IMG/VR virus record: IMGVR_UViG_3300035703_000121
Coordinates: 1 to 55,516 of that record
Length of the DNA stretch: 55,516 nucleotides
Direction: 5' to 3' (one strand)
DNA from: a virus
Taxonomy: Duplodnaviria > Caudoviricetes
This document shows, in pieces, positions 53,212 through 55,516 of this stretch. Position 1 is the first letter of the stretch, and each line of letters starts with the position of its first letter. The position numbers and the translations under genes are program-made. The notes beneath the pieces are model-generated. The model searched no databases. It was not told where the DNA came from and saw nothing but the letters and a program-made list of their open reading frames with translations.

Positions 53212-53729
53212 CAGGCTTCGTTTGTAGAGATTACCCCGGTGGCGCTTAATTTAATCACCCGAACGTTATCCGGTTGCATTTTACTCCAGGCAGTACGGCG
53301 AATGCCAATACAGCGCACTTTTTGGATTCGGATGATGGAAACCTTATCGCCCTGGTTACCACCAAGAACGTGATAACATTTATCATCTTCACCAACGTAA
53401 ATACCAACATGGCCGCCACCGTTTCGGGAAAACACCAATACATCGCCAAGCATGGCAGTTTTTTGCGGTGTTCCGTAGTTGTTCCAATTGCGCGCCCAAA
53501 GCGGATTAACCGGGAAAGCTTTTCCTGCTTTGTGGCAAACATAGGCCATAAACAAACCACACCACGGAATTTCATCGGCAGTGTATTGTTTTTTTAAGCC
53601 AACAGCATCCGCCCATCCTAAAATTACCGGGTTGTTATCTTTACCCAGCAACTCGGTTACACCGATTAGCTTGTAAGCTTCAACCAAAATTTTAGGAGCC
53701 GGTTCGCGTTTCAAAAAGTTGTAACTCAT
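53211..53729 (-). CDS. Endolysin, TIGR02594/CHAP-like
   Basis: DEIPWCGLF, ARNW, GDVLVF.R.GGGHVG, LGGNQ. Confidence 0.85.
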   Translation of the reverse strand: MSYNFLKREPAPKILVEAYKLIGVTELLGKDNNPVILGWADAVGLKKQYTADEIPWCGLFMAYVCHKAGKAFPVNPLWARNWNNYGTPQKTAMLGDVLVFSRNGGGHVGIYVGEDDKCYHVLGGNQGDKVSIIRIQKVRCIGIRRTAWSKMQPDNVRVIKLSATGVISTNEA

Positions 53730-54046
53730 TAGTTTGTAGGTATTAAAATTTTAATAATTGCAGCCAATACACCACCCGAAATAACAATAGTGAGCAAAAC
53801 ACGCCAATACAATTCGTGCAAAGTCACTTTTCTATGTATTTCCCTTAAAATGGTGATATAGCCTTGATTTCCGTTAAATTCATTATCGGTTAACGAACTA
53901 TAAATCATATCAATTTTTTTATTCGTTTCGCTGCGAGTTATATCATCATTATCCTGGCGTTTTTTAATGTTATCCAAGTGAGTTCTTATACTCTTTATTT
54001 CATCTTTAATTTCAATGATATCTTTTTGCTCTTGTGTATTTTCCAT
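53729..54046 (-). CDS. Coiled-coil protein with C-terminal TM (holin accessory-like)
   Basis: Probable start MENTQE; C-terminal hydrophobic helix. Confidence 0.55.
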   Translation of the reverse strand: MENTQEQKDIIEIKDEIKSIRTHLDNIKKRQDNDDITRSETNKKIDMIYSSLTDNEFNGNQGYITILREIHRKVTLHELYWRVLLTIVISGGVLAAIIKILIPTN

Positions 54047-54047
54047 T

Positions 54048-54284
54048 TTATTCTTGACCTTGATTGTTACCAAAAAACTTACCTATAATTGATTCAATTT
54101 TATTGATCAATGTATCAGGGGAAAAAAGCAGAAGGATTCCGCAAAGCAATCCACTTATAAAAACATAGAAGTTTATTGGCTGCTGAAATACCAATGTGAC
54201 AAACATATAAGCTAAAGATGCCAATAAAATAATCACTCCGGTTAAGGTTGACTTCCAACCTTTTTTGATGTTTTTTCGTTTCAT
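54048..54284 (-). CDS. Holin-like 2-TM protein
   Basis: WKSTLTG motif, two TM segments, upstream of endolysin. Confidence 0.65.
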   Translation of the reverse strand: MKRKNIKKGWKSTLTGVIILLASLAYMFVTLVFQQPINFYVFISGLLCGILLLFSPDTLINKIESIIGKFFGNNQGQE

Positions 54285-54295
54285 GGATTTATAGT

Positions 54296-54778
54296 TTAGT
54301 ACCGCGTTAAAATGCAGTAGTTAATATTTTCGTAGTAGGCTAATCCTATATGCGTGCTCTCAGAATTTTCGATAACCGCTCGATGGTCATGGCTGCGCAA
54401 ATAACCCGCAAATGCGCTACGTGGTTCTACCATATTAGGGGAAATTATTTCTTTGGCATCGGCCGCCATACAGGCGAATTTGCGTTGTTCCCATTGGTGG
54501 TGGCTTGGTCGTTCGTTTAATTCCAAATCGTCGGCAATGGCTTCCTGGCAAACTTTGCTTGCCAACACTTCGGGGATAAGCCCCGGTAAGCCTAAAAATT
54601 CACGGTGGCCGTTAATCAAATTCAGTAACTCGGTTTCCTTTTCGTTTAGCTTATTTTTGGTAATTGGCTGATAGCCGAATTTAGGCTCGACATACTCGGG
54701 CTTTTTTTGCTTGATGCCACCGTAAACAAACAGCACAAATCCGAGAATTATAAACGCTATGACGAAATACCAAATCAT
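54296..54778 (-). CDS. Membrane-anchored CAP/SCP domain protein
   Basis: LINGHR..LGL, SH, YLRSHDHR..IE...THIG. Confidence 0.75.
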   Translation of the reverse strand: MIWYFVIAFIILGFVLFVYGGIKQKKPEYVEPKFGYQPITKNKLNEKETELLNLINGHREFLGLPGLIPEVLASKVCQEAIADDLELNERPSHHQWEQRKFACMAADAKEIISPNMVEPRSAFAGYLRSHDHRAVIENSESTHIGLAYYENINYCILTRY

Positions 54779-55131
54779 TGCTTTTTTGTTCTTAAAATAT
54801 CACCAACAGCGACAATTACAGCAATTCCAAAAAGCCAATTAGATAGTAAGGCGTTCGGATGCAATACCGCCAACAATCCGCCGACTATTGCAAAACAACC
54901 ACCAAAAATGTATTCGATAGCCGGAGAATCAATATTAAATAGTTTTCCCTGGAACCAATTAAAAAGCCCATTTATAGACAAACCGGCAATTGCAGAAAAA
55001 AAAGGAATACCGATGTATTTACCATCCCAAGTAAAGTTTACTGTGTAAACGTGCGAGAAAATAAAAAATGCAATTGAAAGCCCAAGGTAACCATGGAACA
55101 AGTTTCGGATGAATTCGATAAATTTTTTCAT
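54775..55131 (-). CDS. Multi-pass membrane protein
   Basis: Similar to the N-terminal part of 21428-22348 (N..HG.LGL). Confidence 0.65.
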   Translation of the reverse strand: MKKFIEFIRNLFHGYLGLSIAFFIFSHVYTVNFTWDGKYIGIPFFSAIAGLSINGLFNWFQGKLFNIDSPAIEYIFGGCFAIVGGLLAVLHPNALLSNWLFGIAVIVAVGDILRTKKQ

Positions 55132-55516
55132 AGTCTGTAAAGTTTGATGTAAATGATTTTTTTATACGTTCCTTTTATCTTGTGGCGCCATACGTTTACA
55201 AAAGTGAATCGCGTGAAGAACCAACGCTGAATGATTAATTTAATCGGATAATTAAGCGCAATCATTACTGAAAACATTTCATTGTCTACTTCTCGGCCTA
55301 CGTTACCCATTGAGTTTCTCCAATCATGAATGATACTTGCCAATTCCCATCGGGATTTAAAGCGAGATTTTACGAAAGTCGGACCGTCATAGCTAAATTT
55401 TCCGGCTTTGAAATCTTCCCAAGCAAAAGTGAAAAGCTCACGAATCGGATGATTAAAATCCAATCCGTTCATTTCGGTGTGCATCGACTCATAGGCTTGC
55501 TTGAGTTCTTCTGCTG
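55128..55516 (-). CDS. DUF1353-like protein, 5' end beyond window
   Basis: Paralog of 22345-22764. Confidence 0.7.
   Translation of the reverse strand, partial: AEELKQAYESMHTEMNGLDFNHPIRELFTFAWEDFKAGKFSYDGPTFVKSRFKSRWELASIIHDWRNSMGNVGREVDNEMFSVMIALNYPIKLIIQRWFFTRFTFVNVWRHKIKGTYKKIIYIKLYRL
55390..55516 (+). repeat. 127-bp exact direct repeat, copy 2 (window end)
   Basis: Identical to 22607-22733. Confidence 0.95.

Larger units (their letters stand above)
22607..55389. mobile_element. Temperate HK97-like siphophage element B, apparently complete (32,783 bp loop)
   Basis: Full head/tail/packaging/replication/immunity/integration/lysis set; 55390-55516 is identical to 22607-22733. Confidence 0.8.

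Noticed and set aside
55128-55516. Duplicated gene as a DGR template/variable repeat pair
   Set aside because: No reverse transcriptase in the window; differences are not adenine-specific and are largely synonymous.
55390-55516. Biological direct terminal repeat of the virion
   Set aside because: Falls mid-gene, far from the terminase/cos region, and its length equals a common assembler k-mer; the packaging module is HK97/cos-like.

Overview
The whole window is phage DNA, probably from a Flavobacterium-like (Bacteroidota) host, judged from TAnnTTTG promoters, gene families and tRNA fragments. It contains two temperate siphophage-type elements joined end to end. Element A (1-~22.6 kb, incomplete) has an early/replication/recombination operon (PAPS-reductase-like protein, beta clamp, PcfJ/PcfK, DUF1376 initiator, SF2 helicase, RecT, Rad50-like ATPase), a CI/Cro switch, an attP with a tRNA-Met 3' half, an integrase and a lysis cassette. 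Element B (22607-55389, 32.8 kb) looks like a complete HK97-like genome: tail, head, terminase, DnaB and initiator, repressor, integrase, attP with a tRNA-Arg(TCT) 3' half, and a second, syntenic lysis cassette. The last 127 nt of the window are identical to 22607-22733, so B closes into a loop; this is either a co-integrate or an assembly chimera through shared tail DNA. Most notable signals: (1) a miniature integron-like unit (IntI-like recombinase, attI-like site, one attC-bounded two-gene cassette in inverted orientation) inserted at the terS stop codon; (2) an in-frame extension after the UGA stop of the major tail protein; (3) a 21-bp late-promoter motif present three times at fixed spacing; (4) an overlapping sense/antisense small-peptide locus and a candidate sRNA upstream of the portal gene; (5) a lambda-type GGGAAAG -1 frameshift. 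All family assignments come from motif recognition by eye, not from database searches.
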